Source: Candidatus Dormiibacterota bacterium
GTDB lineage: Bacteria > Chloroflexota > Dormibacteria > Aeolococcales > Aeolococcaceae
DNA: 64,000 nt
Direction of reading: 5' to 3'
Assembly (NCBI GenBank): GCA_035995545.1
Contig: DASYKI010000016.1
Location: 820,335-884,334 of the forward strand
The notes below the pieces were generated by a model. It saw only the letters and a list, made by a program, of their open reading frames with translations, did no database searches and was not told the origin of the DNA. Below are positions 51,204-59,979 of this stretch, one piece after another. Positions within the stretch are counted from its first letter, which is position 1. Each line of letters begins with the position of its first letter. Made by a program: the position numbers and the translations under genes.

Positions 51204-53521
51204 TGCCGGCCGCGCTCCGGGGCCTGGAGCCACAGCTCCAGCGCCTGCAGCGCCTCCGCGACGCGCCGCAGCTCCGCCCTGCCCCGGTGCGCTGGGCGGC
51301 GGTGGGGGTGATCTTCCTGCTCGTCTTCCAGTCGATCTTCCACCTCACCGTCGGCAACTACATCAACGGGCTCATGCTCGGCGCCCTCTACGGCGTCCTG
51401 GCGGTGGGCATCATCCTCATCTACCGGGCGCTGCGGATCATCAACTTCGCGGCGGCGGCGGTCGGCTCGGTGCCGGCCATCTTCGCGTTCATGGCGGACA
51501 TCAAGGGCTGGATCAACTACGTCGAGGCGCTGCCCATCGCGTTGATCGGCGGCGCGCTCGCCGGGCTGCTGACCGACGTGGTGGTGATGCGGCGTTTCGC
51601 GCGCGGCTCGCGGCTGATCGCCACCGTCGCCACCATCGGCGTCGCCCAGAGCTTCGCCATCCTCGCCTTCTTCATCCCCATCTGGATGGGCAAGGACGCG
51701 GCCACCCCCTCGTACGTGCCGACACCGTGGAGTGAGTGGCGCATCACCGACGGGCGCGGCGCGCCGCTGCTCACCGGCAACCAGGTCTTCGCCCTGGTGT
51801 CGGTGCTGGTCGCCTCGGTCGCGGTCTGGGCCTTCCTGCGCTACAGCCGCATCGGCATCGGCCTGCGCGCCGCGTCGGAGAACGCCGACCGCGCAGGGCT
51901 GCTGGGCATCCCCGTGCGCACCGTGCAGACGGTGGCATGGACGCTGGCCGGTGCGCTCGCCGCGCTGGCCATCTACGGCCAGGGTCCGTTGATCGGCGTG
52001 CCGCGTGACACCACGCTGGGCTTCAACACGCTGCTGTACGGGCTCGCCGCCGCCGTGATCGCGGGCATGGAGGGGATCTGGACAGCGCTCGCCGCCGGCC
52101 TGGCCATCGGCCTGGTGATCTTCGGGTCGGTGGCCAACTACGGCGAATCCGACCTCGCCTCGGCGCTGATGCTGGTGATCATCATCGCGGCGCTGCTGGC
52201 ACGGCGCAGCCAGCTGGCGCGCGCCTACACCACCGGCGTGGCGACGTGGCGCGAGGTCAAGATCTTCCGTCGCGTCCCGTCGCAGCTGGTCCACCTGCCC
52301 GAGGTGTGGGGCGCCAAGCTGGGCATCGGCGTCGCCTTCCTGGCGCTGGCACTGCTGCTGCCGCTCAAGCTGGTCGGCGCCGCCGACGTGCCCATGCTGA
52401 CCATCCTGCCGGTGTACGGGATCATCGCCGTGTCGCTGGTGGTCCTGACCGGCTGGGCCGGCCAGATCTCGCTGGGACAGTTCGGCATCGTGGGCATGGC
52501 GGCGGGCGTGTCCGGTGGACTTGTGGCCAACCATGGCATCGACTTCTTCGCCGCCCTGGCCATTGCCGTTCTGGTGGGCGCGCTGTCGGCGGTGGTCATC
52601 GGGCTGCCGGCGCTGCGCATCCAGGGCCTGTACCTGGCGGTGACCACGCTGGCCTTCGGCTTCGTCGTTCCCGACTTCATGCTCAACAATCACTACGCTG
52701 TCGGGGCGCACATCATGCCCACGGGCTACGCGGCGCAGATCCGGCGGCCCCTGCTCTACGGCCGCTTCGACCTCAACGACGACACCATCTTCTATTTCGT
52801 CTGTTTGGGATTGCTGGTGCTGGCGATGGCGGCCGCGGCGGCGTTCCGCCGCTTTCGCAGCGGGCGCATCCTGCTCGCCGCGCGCGACAACCAGCGCGCC
52901 GCCATGGTCTACGGCATCCACGTCACCCGGGCACGCCTGGCCGCCTTCGCCGTGTCCGGCGCCATCGCCGGCCTGGCCGGAGTGATGATCCCGTACGCCC
53001 ATCACACGGTGATCCCCGCCGACTACAGCGCGCAGTACGGCATCGGCATCTTCCTCGCCGCCGCCATCGGCGGTCTCGGCTCCCTGCCCACCGCGGTCGC
53101 CGGCGCCATGCTGCTGGAGGCGACGGTGGTCTTCGGTCCGCGGCTGTACACGCTGCTCGGTCCAACCTGGGCGACCGTGCTGCCGCTGATGGTGACCGGA
53201 CCCCTGCTGGTGCTGCAGCTCACCTTCTACCCCGGCGGCCTCGCCCAGCAGGTCCACGACGTGCGCGACCGGTTCCTGCGCTGGGTGGCGCGGCGGCGGG
53301 GGATCGAGGTCCCCTCACTGCTGGCCGACCGCGCGGCCACCGAACAGCAGCCGGCCTTCAGCGAGGCGCTGGGCGGCGCCACCGAGGAGCTGGAGCGCAC
53401 CCACACGTACGACATCGTCTGCCCGGTGTGCTCGGAGGGATTGTCGATGGAGCAGGCGCGATTGCATCCGCACCTGCGCGTGCCGCAGGAGACCGCCGCG
53501 GTCGCCGGCGGGGGAGGGTGA
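51200..53521 (+). CDS. Fused LivH-like + LivM-like ABC permease
   Basis: GTG 51200 or ATG 51203 overlaps the SBP stop (GTGATG). The LivH-like block is LYGVLAVGIILIYRALRIINFAAAAVG. The LivM-like block is VVLTGWAGQISLGQFGIVGMAAG. There is a soluble C-terminal tail with CPVCSEG. Confidence 0.88.
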   Translation: MMPAALRGLEPQLQRLQRLRDAPQLRPAPVRWAAVGVIFLLVFQSIFHLTVGNYINGLMLGALYGVLAVGIILIYRALRIINFAAAAVGSVPAIFAFMADIKGWINYVEALPIALIGGALAGLLTDVVVMRRFARGSRLIATVATIGVAQSFAILAFFIPIWMGKDAATPSYVPTPWSEWRITDGRGAPLLTGNQVFALVSVLVASVAVWAFLRYSRIGIGLRAASENADRAGLLGIPVRTVQTVAWTLAGALAALAIYGQGPLIGVPRDTTLGFNTLLYGLAAAVIAGMEGIWTALAAGLAIGLVIFGSVANYGESDLASALMLVIIIAALLARRSQLARAYTTGVATWREVKIFRRVPSQLVHLPEVWGAKLGIGVAFLALALLLPLKLVGAADVPMLTILPVYGIIAVSLVVLTGWAGQISLGQFGIVGMAAGVSGGLVANHGIDFFAALAIAVLVGALSAVVIGLPALRIQGLYLAVTTLAFGFVVPDFMLNNHYAVGAHIMPTGYAAQIRRPLLYGRFDLNDDTIFYFVCLGLLVLAMAAAAAFRRFRSGRILLAARDNQRAAMVYGIHVTRARLAAFAVSGAIAGLAGVMIPYAHHTVIPADYSAQYGIGIFLAAAIGGLGSLPTAVAGAMLLEATVVFGPRLYTLLGPTWATVLPLMVTGPLLVLQLTFYPGGLAQQVHDVRDRFLRWVARRRGIEVPSLLADRAATEQQPAFSEALGGATEELERTHTYDIVCPVCSEGLSMEQARLHPHLRVPQETAAVAGGGG

Positions 53522-53523
53522 CC

Positions 53524-55149
53524 GTGGAGCCCGGCCCGTTCCTCAGCTGCCGCACACTCGACGTCGGCTACGCAGGGGTGCAGGTGCTGTTCGGCGTCGA
53601 CTTCGACGTGGAGCGCGGCGAGATCGTCGCCCTGCTCGGCACCAACGGCGCCGGCAAGTCCACGCTCCTGCGCGCCATCTCGGGGCTGGTGCATCCCAGC
53701 AGTGGCACCATCGTCTTCGACGGCAGGGTGATCACGGAAGCCGAGCCGCACCAGACCGCGCGCATGGGCATCGTGCACGTCCCCGGCGGCCGCTCCGTGT
53801 TCCCGACGATGACCGTCTCCGACCATTTCAAGGCGGCCAGCTGGCTGCTCGGCGGCGACTGTCCCGACGTCAGCGCGCGCACCGACGAGGTGCTGCAGCG
53901 CTTCCCGCACCTGCAGCGGCGCCAGCACACCATGGCCGGCAACCTCAGCGGCGGTGAGCAGCAGATGCTGGGGCTGGGCATGGCGTTCCTGGCCCGTCCC
54001 AAGCTGCTGGTCATCGACGAGCTCTCGCTGGGACTTGCGCCCGCGGTGGTCGAGCTGCTGCTCGACATGGTGCGGGCCATCCACACCGAGGGGTCGACCA
54101 TCGTGCTCGTCGAGCAGTCGGTCAACCTCGCCCTCACCCTGGCGCAGCGCGCCTACTTCATGGAGAAGGGCGAGGTGCGATTCCAGGGCCCCGCCCCGCA
54201 GCTGCTCGAACAGCGCGAGCTGCTGCGCTCCGTCTTCCTCGAAGGCGCCGCCGCCGCGCTGCCGGGTGCTGCGCCGAGTCGCGACGTCAGCCTGCGCGGG
54301 CGCGACGCGCGCACCGCCGATGCCGATGCCGATGCCGCACAACCTCCGCTGCTCGAAGTGCGCGGCCTGAGCCGCAGCTTCGGTGGCGTCGTCGCCGTCG
54401 ACGGCGTCAGCTTCGCCCTGCAGCCGCACGGCATCCTCGGCTTCATCGGACCCAACGGCGCCGGCAAGACGACGCTGTTCGACATGATCAGCGGCCTGCT
54501 GCCCGTCGGCGCCGGCGAGATTCGCCTGCGCGACCGCGACATCACCCGCTGGTCGGCGCCGCGACGTGCCATGGCGGGGCTCGGTCGCTCGTTCCAGGAT
54601 GCGCAGCTCTTCCCCTCACTGACGGTGGCCGAGAACCTGGCCATCGGCCTGGAGCGCCACGTCGCGGTGCGCGACCACCTCGCCGCCATGCTGGCGCTGC
54701 CCGCCATCCAGGAGTCCGAGCGCCAGGTCGCCTTCGCCGTCGGTGACCTGGTCGAGCTCTTCGGCCTCGGCAACTACCGCGACAAGTTCGTCGGCGAACT
54801 GTCGACCGGCTCCCGGCGCATCGTCGACCTGGCCATGGCGCTGGCCCACGACCCCGACGTGCTGCTCCTCGACGAGCCCTCGTCCGGCATCGCCCAGCGC
54901 GAGACGGAGGCGCTGGTGCCGCTGCTGCGTCGCGTGCGCAGCGAGACGGGATGCGCGCTGCTGGTGATCGAGCACGACATGCCGCTGATCACCACCCTCG
55001 CCGACGAGCTGATCGCGCTCGACCTCGGCCGTGTCATTGCCCGCGGCCGTCCCGACCAGGTGGTCAACGACCGCGAGGTGGTGCGGGCCTACCTCGGCGG
55101 GGACGTCGCCGCCATCCAGCGCTCCGGCGTGTTGGGAGGAATCGCATGA
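53524..55149 (+). CDS. Fused LivF-like + LivG-like tandem ABC ATPase
   Basis: The start is GTG 53524 (GGGGGAGGG upstream), with GTG 53518 as an alternative. Domain 1 has GTNGAGKST, LSGGEQQM and LVIDELS. Domain 2 has GPNGAGKTT, LSTGSRR and LLLDEPS. There are long identical peptide blocks with genes 5809..8025 and 8022..10847. Confidence 0.9.
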   Translation: MEPGPFLSCRTLDVGYAGVQVLFGVDFDVERGEIVALLGTNGAGKSTLLRAISGLVHPSSGTIVFDGRVITEAEPHQTARMGIVHVPGGRSVFPTMTVSDHFKAASWLLGGDCPDVSARTDEVLQRFPHLQRRQHTMAGNLSGGEQQMLGLGMAFLARPKLLVIDELSLGLAPAVVELLLDMVRAIHTEGSTIVLVEQSVNLALTLAQRAYFMEKGEVRFQGPAPQLLEQRELLRSVFLEGAAAALPGAAPSRDVSLRGRDARTADADADAAQPPLLEVRGLSRSFGGVVAVDGVSFALQPHGILGFIGPNGAGKTTLFDMISGLLPVGAGEIRLRDRDITRWSAPRRAMAGLGRSFQDAQLFPSLTVAENLAIGLERHVAVRDHLAAMLALPAIQESERQVAFAVGDLVELFGLGNYRDKFVGELSTGSRRIVDLAMALAHDPDVLLLDEPSSGIAQRETEALVPLLRRVRSETGCALLVIEHDMPLITTLADELIALDLGRVIARGRPDQVVNDREVVRAYLGGDVAAIQRSGVLGGIA

Positions 55150-56195
55150 ACAGCCGCGCTCTGCGACGCGCCATCTACGCGCCGCTGCTCGCCCTGGTCG
55201 CGCTGCTCGCCCTGGGCTCGGCAACGCCGGCGCGGGCCGCCGCCGCAACGCTGGTCCAGTACGGCTGGTGGACCGAGGCGAACTACGTCAACGGCGTCAA
55301 CGGTCCAACCGACCAGACGCCCGACAAGGCCGACCTGCACGCATCGATCGGGCCCATGGTCTACGACGACCCCTACTCGCTCCAGAACGACAGCAAGACC
55401 GGGACCACCGAGGTCTCGGCGGTGATGTTCAACCTGCCGCAAGCCGTGCCCACCACGGTCGACCCGGCCGCGCCGGTGGCCAACCTCCGGCTGACCGTCG
55501 ACCCCGCCTACCCGCCGGCCGGCACGGTGACCGTGCTCGCCTGCCGGACCCTGGAGGGCTGGTCCGCCGAGCTGGGTGGCAACTGGACCCAGCGCGCCTC
55601 CTACCAGAGCGGCTGCGCGGTTGGCGTCACCAACGACGGCGGCAAGAGCTACGACTTCACCGTCCTGGCCAGCCAGGTCAAGGGTGGCCGCACCGTCGAC
55701 ATGGCCATCGCACCGACGCTGGATCCCACCGCCCTGCCCTTCAAGGTGTGGTTCAAGCCGCCCACCGGCGCCGATCTCACCACCCTGGCACTGCCGGTGG
55801 CGGCGCCCGACACCTTCGGGGTGCCCCAGCAGCAGGCCGACACGCAGATCACGGCACTGGCGGACACCGGCAGCGGCTACCCGGTGACCGCGTTCTCATC
55901 CGGCGGCGGCGCCCTACCGGCTCCCCCCGCCGCCGTGCCCCCGGCCGCGGCACCGCCGGCGCCGGCGGCACCGCCCGCAGCGATTCCCCGAGCGGCGACG
56001 CCGCAGCTCGCCGGGGCCCGACAGGTCCTCGACACCGGGGCACGCATCCTCGCCGGCGTGCTGTTGCTGGCCGTCGTGCTGGCGGTGATGTCAGCGGCGG
56101 GCCTCGACCTGCAGCGGCTGCTCACCCCCGCTGGACAGGTCGGTGGCGTGGGCCGGTTCCGCCGCCAGCGAACGGGACCTCCGCTGCCGCTCTGA
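55146..56195 (+). CDS. Secreted unknown-domain protein with a Pro-rich linker and a C-terminal TM anchor (paralog of the N-terminal half of 10859..13366)
   Basis: ATG 55146 overlaps the upstream stop (ATGA). The signal peptide is LLALVALLALGSATPARA. A beta-rich domain of about 200 aa with 2 Cys (VLACRTL, QSGCAVG) is followed by a Pro/Ala-rich linker and the TM helix ILAGVLLLAVVLAVMSAAGL. Confidence 0.75.
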   Translation: MNSRALRRAIYAPLLALVALLALGSATPARAAAATLVQYGWWTEANYVNGVNGPTDQTPDKADLHASIGPMVYDDPYSLQNDSKTGTTEVSAVMFNLPQAVPTTVDPAAPVANLRLTVDPAYPPAGTVTVLACRTLEGWSAELGGNWTQRASYQSGCAVGVTNDGGKSYDFTVLASQVKGGRTVDMAIAPTLDPTALPFKVWFKPPTGADLTTLALPVAAPDTFGVPQQQADTQITALADTGSGYPVTAFSSGGGALPAPPAAVPPAAAPPAPAAPPAAIPRAATPQLAGARQVLDTGARILAGVLLLAVVLAVMSAAGLDLQRLLTPAGQVGGVGRFRRQRTGPPLPL

Positions 56196-56304
56196 CCGCG
56201 CCACGTCGGCGCCTCAGCCCGCCGCTGACCCGCCCCTGCGGCGCGGCGCGCGTCTGCGGCATCCTTCTCGGGGCTGCCGGACGCAGACGGTGTGGAGGAC
56301 GCTG

Positions 56305-57078
56305 ATGGACGCAGTCGACACCGGGGTGCGCGTCGAGCGCCGCGGCGGCGTGCTCTGGCTGCGCCTGCACCGCCCCGAGTCGCGCAACGCGCTGACCCTG
56401 GGGGACATGCACGCGCTGGCCACGGCGCTGCGCGACGTGGACGCCGGCGAGGACCGCTGCGCGGTGATCACCGGGCACGAGCCGGGCACCTTCTGCTCGG
56501 GGTTCCGGCTCGACGAGGGCGCCGCCGGCGACATGGCCTCGGGGCGCGCCAAGCAGGCCGCCGACGATCTCTTCGCCCTCCTGCCCGTCGCCCCCATCCC
56601 GGTGATCGCGGTCGTCGACGGCCCCGCACGGGGCGCCGGCTGCGAGCTCGCCCTGCGCTGCGACCTGCGCATCGCCTCCGACCGGGCCAGCTTTGGCATT
56701 CCCGCCGCCCGCCTGGGCGTGCCCTACACACCGCCGAGCATCGCCTTCCTGGTGCGCCGCTACGGCCAGGGACCGGTGGCGCAGCTCTTCTACGCCGCCT
56801 CGATCCTCGACGGCGACGCGGCGCTCCGCAGCGGGCTGGTGCACGAGCTGGTCGGCGCTCGCAAGCTGCCGTCCCGTGTCGCCGAGCTGACCGAGCGCAT
56901 CGCCGCGTCGGCGCCACTGGTGCAGCGCTTCTTCAAGGCGGCCGTCGCCGCCGCCGAGGGAGTGGGGGAGGAGGCCGCCATCGACGCCGCCCTCGCCCGG
57001 GTCACCGCCAGCGAGGACTTCGCCGAGACGCTGCGCGCCATCGGCGAGCGCCGCGAGCCGCGCTTCACCGGGGGCTAG
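56305..57078 (+). CDS. Enoyl-CoA hydratase/isomerase (crotonase) family protein
   Basis: ATG 56305 has GGAGGA upstream. The sequence reads LHRPESRNALT..FCSGFRL..VIAVVDGPARGAGCELALRCDLRIA. The 3' end overlaps the GT39 gene by 14 nt (convergent). Confidence 0.88.
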   Translation: MDAVDTGVRVERRGGVLWLRLHRPESRNALTLGDMHALATALRDVDAGEDRCAVITGHEPGTFCSGFRLDEGAAGDMASGRAKQAADDLFALLPVAPIPVIAVVDGPARGAGCELALRCDLRIASDRASFGIPAARLGVPYTPPSIAFLVRRYGQGPVAQLFYAASILDGDAALRSGLVHELVGARKLPSRVAELTERIAASAPLVQRFFKAAVAAAEGVGEEAAIDAALARVTASEDFAETLRAIGERREPRFTGG

Positions 57079-59128
57079 TCAGGTCGTAGAGCGTCACCCC
57101 ACCCACGGTGGTGCTGCTGAACGTCGCCTGCACCCAGGCCGTGATCGCGCTCGACACACTCGACGTCGCTGCTCCTGGACCGCCGGGGCCTCCCCGCCCG
57201 CCGGCGATGAACCAGTGGATGCTGCCCTGGGCGACGAGCTGCTGGAACTGCGCCAGCGTCGGCGCCGGATCGGTGCCGTTGAACCCGCCGATGGCCAGCA
57301 CGGGATCACCGGTGGCCAGCTGGTACCCCGCCGCCGAGTTCGCGCCCACAGTGGCCGCAACCCACGTGTAGCGGCTCGCGCCCGCGCCCAGCGTCTGGGT
57401 GAGCTGCGCACTCGGCGTGCTCCCGTTGAGCAATCCGCCCGCCCCGCCTCGGGGACCGCCGCCCGGCAGCGCGCCGCCGCCGAACCTCGGAATCCCGCCG
57501 TTGAATCCCGGGGCGCCGCCGGGCAGCCCACCGGGGCCGCCGCCGCCCGCAAACGGTGTCGCGGCGGCGGGGCCGGCACTCGGAATCGCCCCCGCGTGCG
57601 CCGTGACCACCGTGTCGAGCGTGTACGCCGCCGGCCCCGCCAGCGCGGCCAGCACCGCGACGGCGGCGACGGCGTTCACCGCGTACCGGGGGCGAATCCA
57701 CGGCAGCGCCACCAGCCCCACCGCACCCACGATGCCGCCGCCGAGCACGAGCACCTGCAACCAAGGCGTCCACCCCGCGCTGCGCTCGAGCAACACCCAG
57801 GCCCACACAGCGGTGGCCAGCAGCACACCGCCCAGCAGCAATCGCGCCCACAGTGCCTCCCGCCGCGCCCACAGCATCGCGGCGCCGATGCCAGCGATCC
57901 CGCCGACGGCCGGCGCCAGCGCCACCGTGTAGTAGGGATGAATGATCCCCGCCGCATAGCTGAACACCACCCCGGTGACGATCAGCCACAAGCCCCACAG
58001 CAGCAGCGCCGCCCGCGTCCGATCGGTCCGCGGTGAACCCCGCCGCATCCACAATCCGACCGCGAGCAACGCCAGCGCCGCGGGCAGCAGCCACGAGATC
58101 TGGCCACCCATGTCCGCAAGGAAGAGCCGGTCCCACCCCGTCGGCCCCCAGCGCGACCCCGCCGCGGCGGCGCCGAAGCCACCGACGCTGCCGGTCTCAT
58201 TGCCACTCAGCCGCCCAAGCCCGTTGTATCCGAAGATCAGGTTGAGCAGGCTGTTGTCCTGCGACCCGCCGATGTAGGGTCGTTGCGACGCCGGCACCAG
58301 CTGCACGGCCGCAACCCACCAGCCCGATGCCATCAGCAGCGCGCCCGTCGCGGCCAGCAGGTGCAGCAGGCGGCGCCGCAACGGCACCGGTGCCGCCAGC
58401 AGGTACACCCCCGCGAGTGCCGGCAGCACCAGGAACGCCTGCAGCATCTTGGTGATGAACCCGGTGCCCACCAGCGCCGCCGCGAACATCAGCCACCGCA
58501 TGCTGCCCCGCTCCAGGGCACGCACCGTCGCGTAGGCGGCGGCAACGAGCAGCAGCACCAGCAGTGCATCGGGATTGTTGAAGCGGAACATCAGCGCCGC
58601 CACCGGAGTCAGCGCCAGCACCGCGCCCGCGGTCAGTGCGGCACCCGGCGAGAACCACCGCCGCACCGTTGCATACAGCAGCGCCACCGCCGCCACGCCC
58701 TCCAGCGCCTGCGGCACCAGGATGCTCCACGCGTTGACGCCGAAGATGCGCGCCGAGATGTCCATCACCCACAGCGCCGCGGGTGGCTTGTCCACGGTGA
58801 TGAAGCTGGCCGCGTCGAAGGAGCCGAAGAAGAACGCCTTCCAGCTGCTGCTGCCCGCCTGCACCGCGGCGGAGTAGAACGAGTTCGCCCACCCCGACGC
58901 ACCCAGGTCCCACAGGTAGAGCAGGGCCGTGACGGCGAGCAGCGCGATCAGGCTGGGCCGCACCCATGCCGGGTCGGCGACCCGGCCGCGCAGCAGGCCG
59001 CGCAGCCGCCCTCCGAAGCGAGAGCGCACCGGAGCGGTGTGGCGCTGGACCTCGACCGGCGCCTCCGGAGTCTGCAGGGTTGCGGTCATGAACGGCAGTT
59101 TCGCCGAGCCCGCTGGGACCCGTTGCAA
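57065..59128 (-). CDS. Glycosyltransferase family 39 (ArnT/PMT-like GT-C) membrane protein
   Basis: Multiple TM helices are present. N-terminal blocks are YLWDLGASGWANSFYSAAVQAG..FFGSFDAASFITVDKPP. There is a Gly-rich segment and a soluble C-terminal domain. The start is 59128 or ATG 59089. Confidence 0.88.
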   Translation of the reverse strand: MQRVPAGSAKLPFMTATLQTPEAPVEVQRHTAPVRSRFGGRLRGLLRGRVADPAWVRPSLIALLAVTALLYLWDLGASGWANSFYSAAVQAGSSSWKAFFFGSFDAASFITVDKPPAALWVMDISARIFGVNAWSILVPQALEGVAAVALLYATVRRWFSPGAALTAGAVLALTPVAALMFRFNNPDALLVLLLVAAAYATVRALERGSMRWLMFAAALVGTGFITKMLQAFLVLPALAGVYLLAAPVPLRRRLLHLLAATGALLMASGWWVAAVQLVPASQRPYIGGSQDNSLLNLIFGYNGLGRLSGNETGSVGGFGAAAAGSRWGPTGWDRLFLADMGGQISWLLPAALALLAVGLWMRRGSPRTDRTRAALLLWGLWLIVTGVVFSYAAGIIHPYYTVALAPAVGGIAGIGAAMLWARREALWARLLLGGVLLATAVWAWVLLERSAGWTPWLQVLVLGGGIVGAVGLVALPWIRPRYAVNAVAAVAVLAALAGPAAYTLDTVVTAHAGAIPSAGPAAATPFAGGGGPGGLPGGAPGFNGGIPRFGGGALPGGGPRGGAGGLLNGSTPSAQLTQTLGAGASRYTWVAATVGANSAAGYQLATGDPVLAIGGFNGTDPAPTLAQFQQLVAQGSIHWFIAGGRGGPGGPGAATSSVSSAITAWVQATFSSTTVGGVTLYDLTSPR

Positions 59129-59181
59129 TGCCCGCTGGGAGGTGGCTGGGAAACCCCGCGCCGAGCCGGCCGGGCCGTCGC

Positions 59182-59934
59182 TCAGCCGTGCCGCAGGTGC
59201 AGGTCGAACTCCATGGTCGCCTGGTCGGTGACGCTGACGAACCCGCCCACGTTGGGCACCCGCATGCCGAAGTCACCCCACGGGAAGGTGATCGATCCGA
59301 CCACCTCGACCTCCGTGGCGGACAGGTGCGCCTGGGCGGGGATGGTCTCCAGCTTGGTGACGCCGTGGATGGTGAGATTGCCGCTCAGGTCCACCTTCAC
59401 CGTCTGGCCGCCCGCGGCGGTTGCCGCCAGTGTCGCCGGCTGGGTGAGCACGAAGCCGGCGGTGGGAAACCGGCTCGACTCCAGGCCGATCGAGTGGATG
59501 CGGTCATCGCGCATGGTGCGGTCGCTGCTCAGCGTCGAGACGTCGGCCTGGAACGACGCGGCGGTCACCGTCAGCGCGTCCGTCGTGCCGCCCAGGGTCG
59601 CCGAGCCGCTCACCTTCGACGTGCGTCCCACGGCGTCGCTCGGCGCCGAGAGGAAGGCGAGCTGCTCGCGCACCCGGTAGCCCACGACCGATCCGCTGCT
59701 GGAACTCCACGTTCCGGGCAGCTGCGACGCATCGACCGGTGACGCCTGCGCGCTGCCGCTCGGCGTCGCGGTGCTGAGCGTCAGTGGCGGGGGCGACGAG
59801 GTGCCGAACACCACGAACCACAGGAAGGCGAATGCCGCCGCGCCCAGCAGCAGCACGGCAGCAACCGCGCTGAGGATCCAGCTGCGAAGCGTGTGGGGGA
59901 CCAGGCGTCGCAGCACGTGCATCAGGGCCAGCAT
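59182..59934 (-). CDS. YceI-family protein with an N-terminal membrane anchor
   Basis: There is a TM helix (ILSAVAAVLLLGAAAFAFLWFVVF). The YceI-like core is SGSVVGYRVREQ..VDLSGNLTIHGVTK. Confidence 0.85.
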   Translation of the reverse strand: MLALMHVLRRLVPHTLRSWILSAVAAVLLLGAAAFAFLWFVVFGTSSPPPLTLSTATPSGSAQASPVDASQLPGTWSSSSGSVVGYRVREQLAFLSAPSDAVGRTSKVSGSATLGGTTDALTVTAASFQADVSTLSSDRTMRDDRIHSIGLESSRFPTAGFVLTQPATLAATAAGGQTVKVDLSGNLTIHGVTKLETIPAQAHLSATEVEVVGSITFPWGDFGMRVPNVGGFVSVTDQATMEFDLHLRHG

Positions 59935-59979
59935 CCTCGCGATTGCTGGGAATCTGCTGAGGGTTGGCTCAGAGCTAGC

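Noticed and set aside
49251-54429. Antisense ORFs 49251..51233 (-), 50939..53257 (-), 53227..54429 (-)
   Set aside because: These are shadow ORFs opposite the SBP, permease and ATPase genes, and their translations are Arg/Gly/His/Asp-rich.
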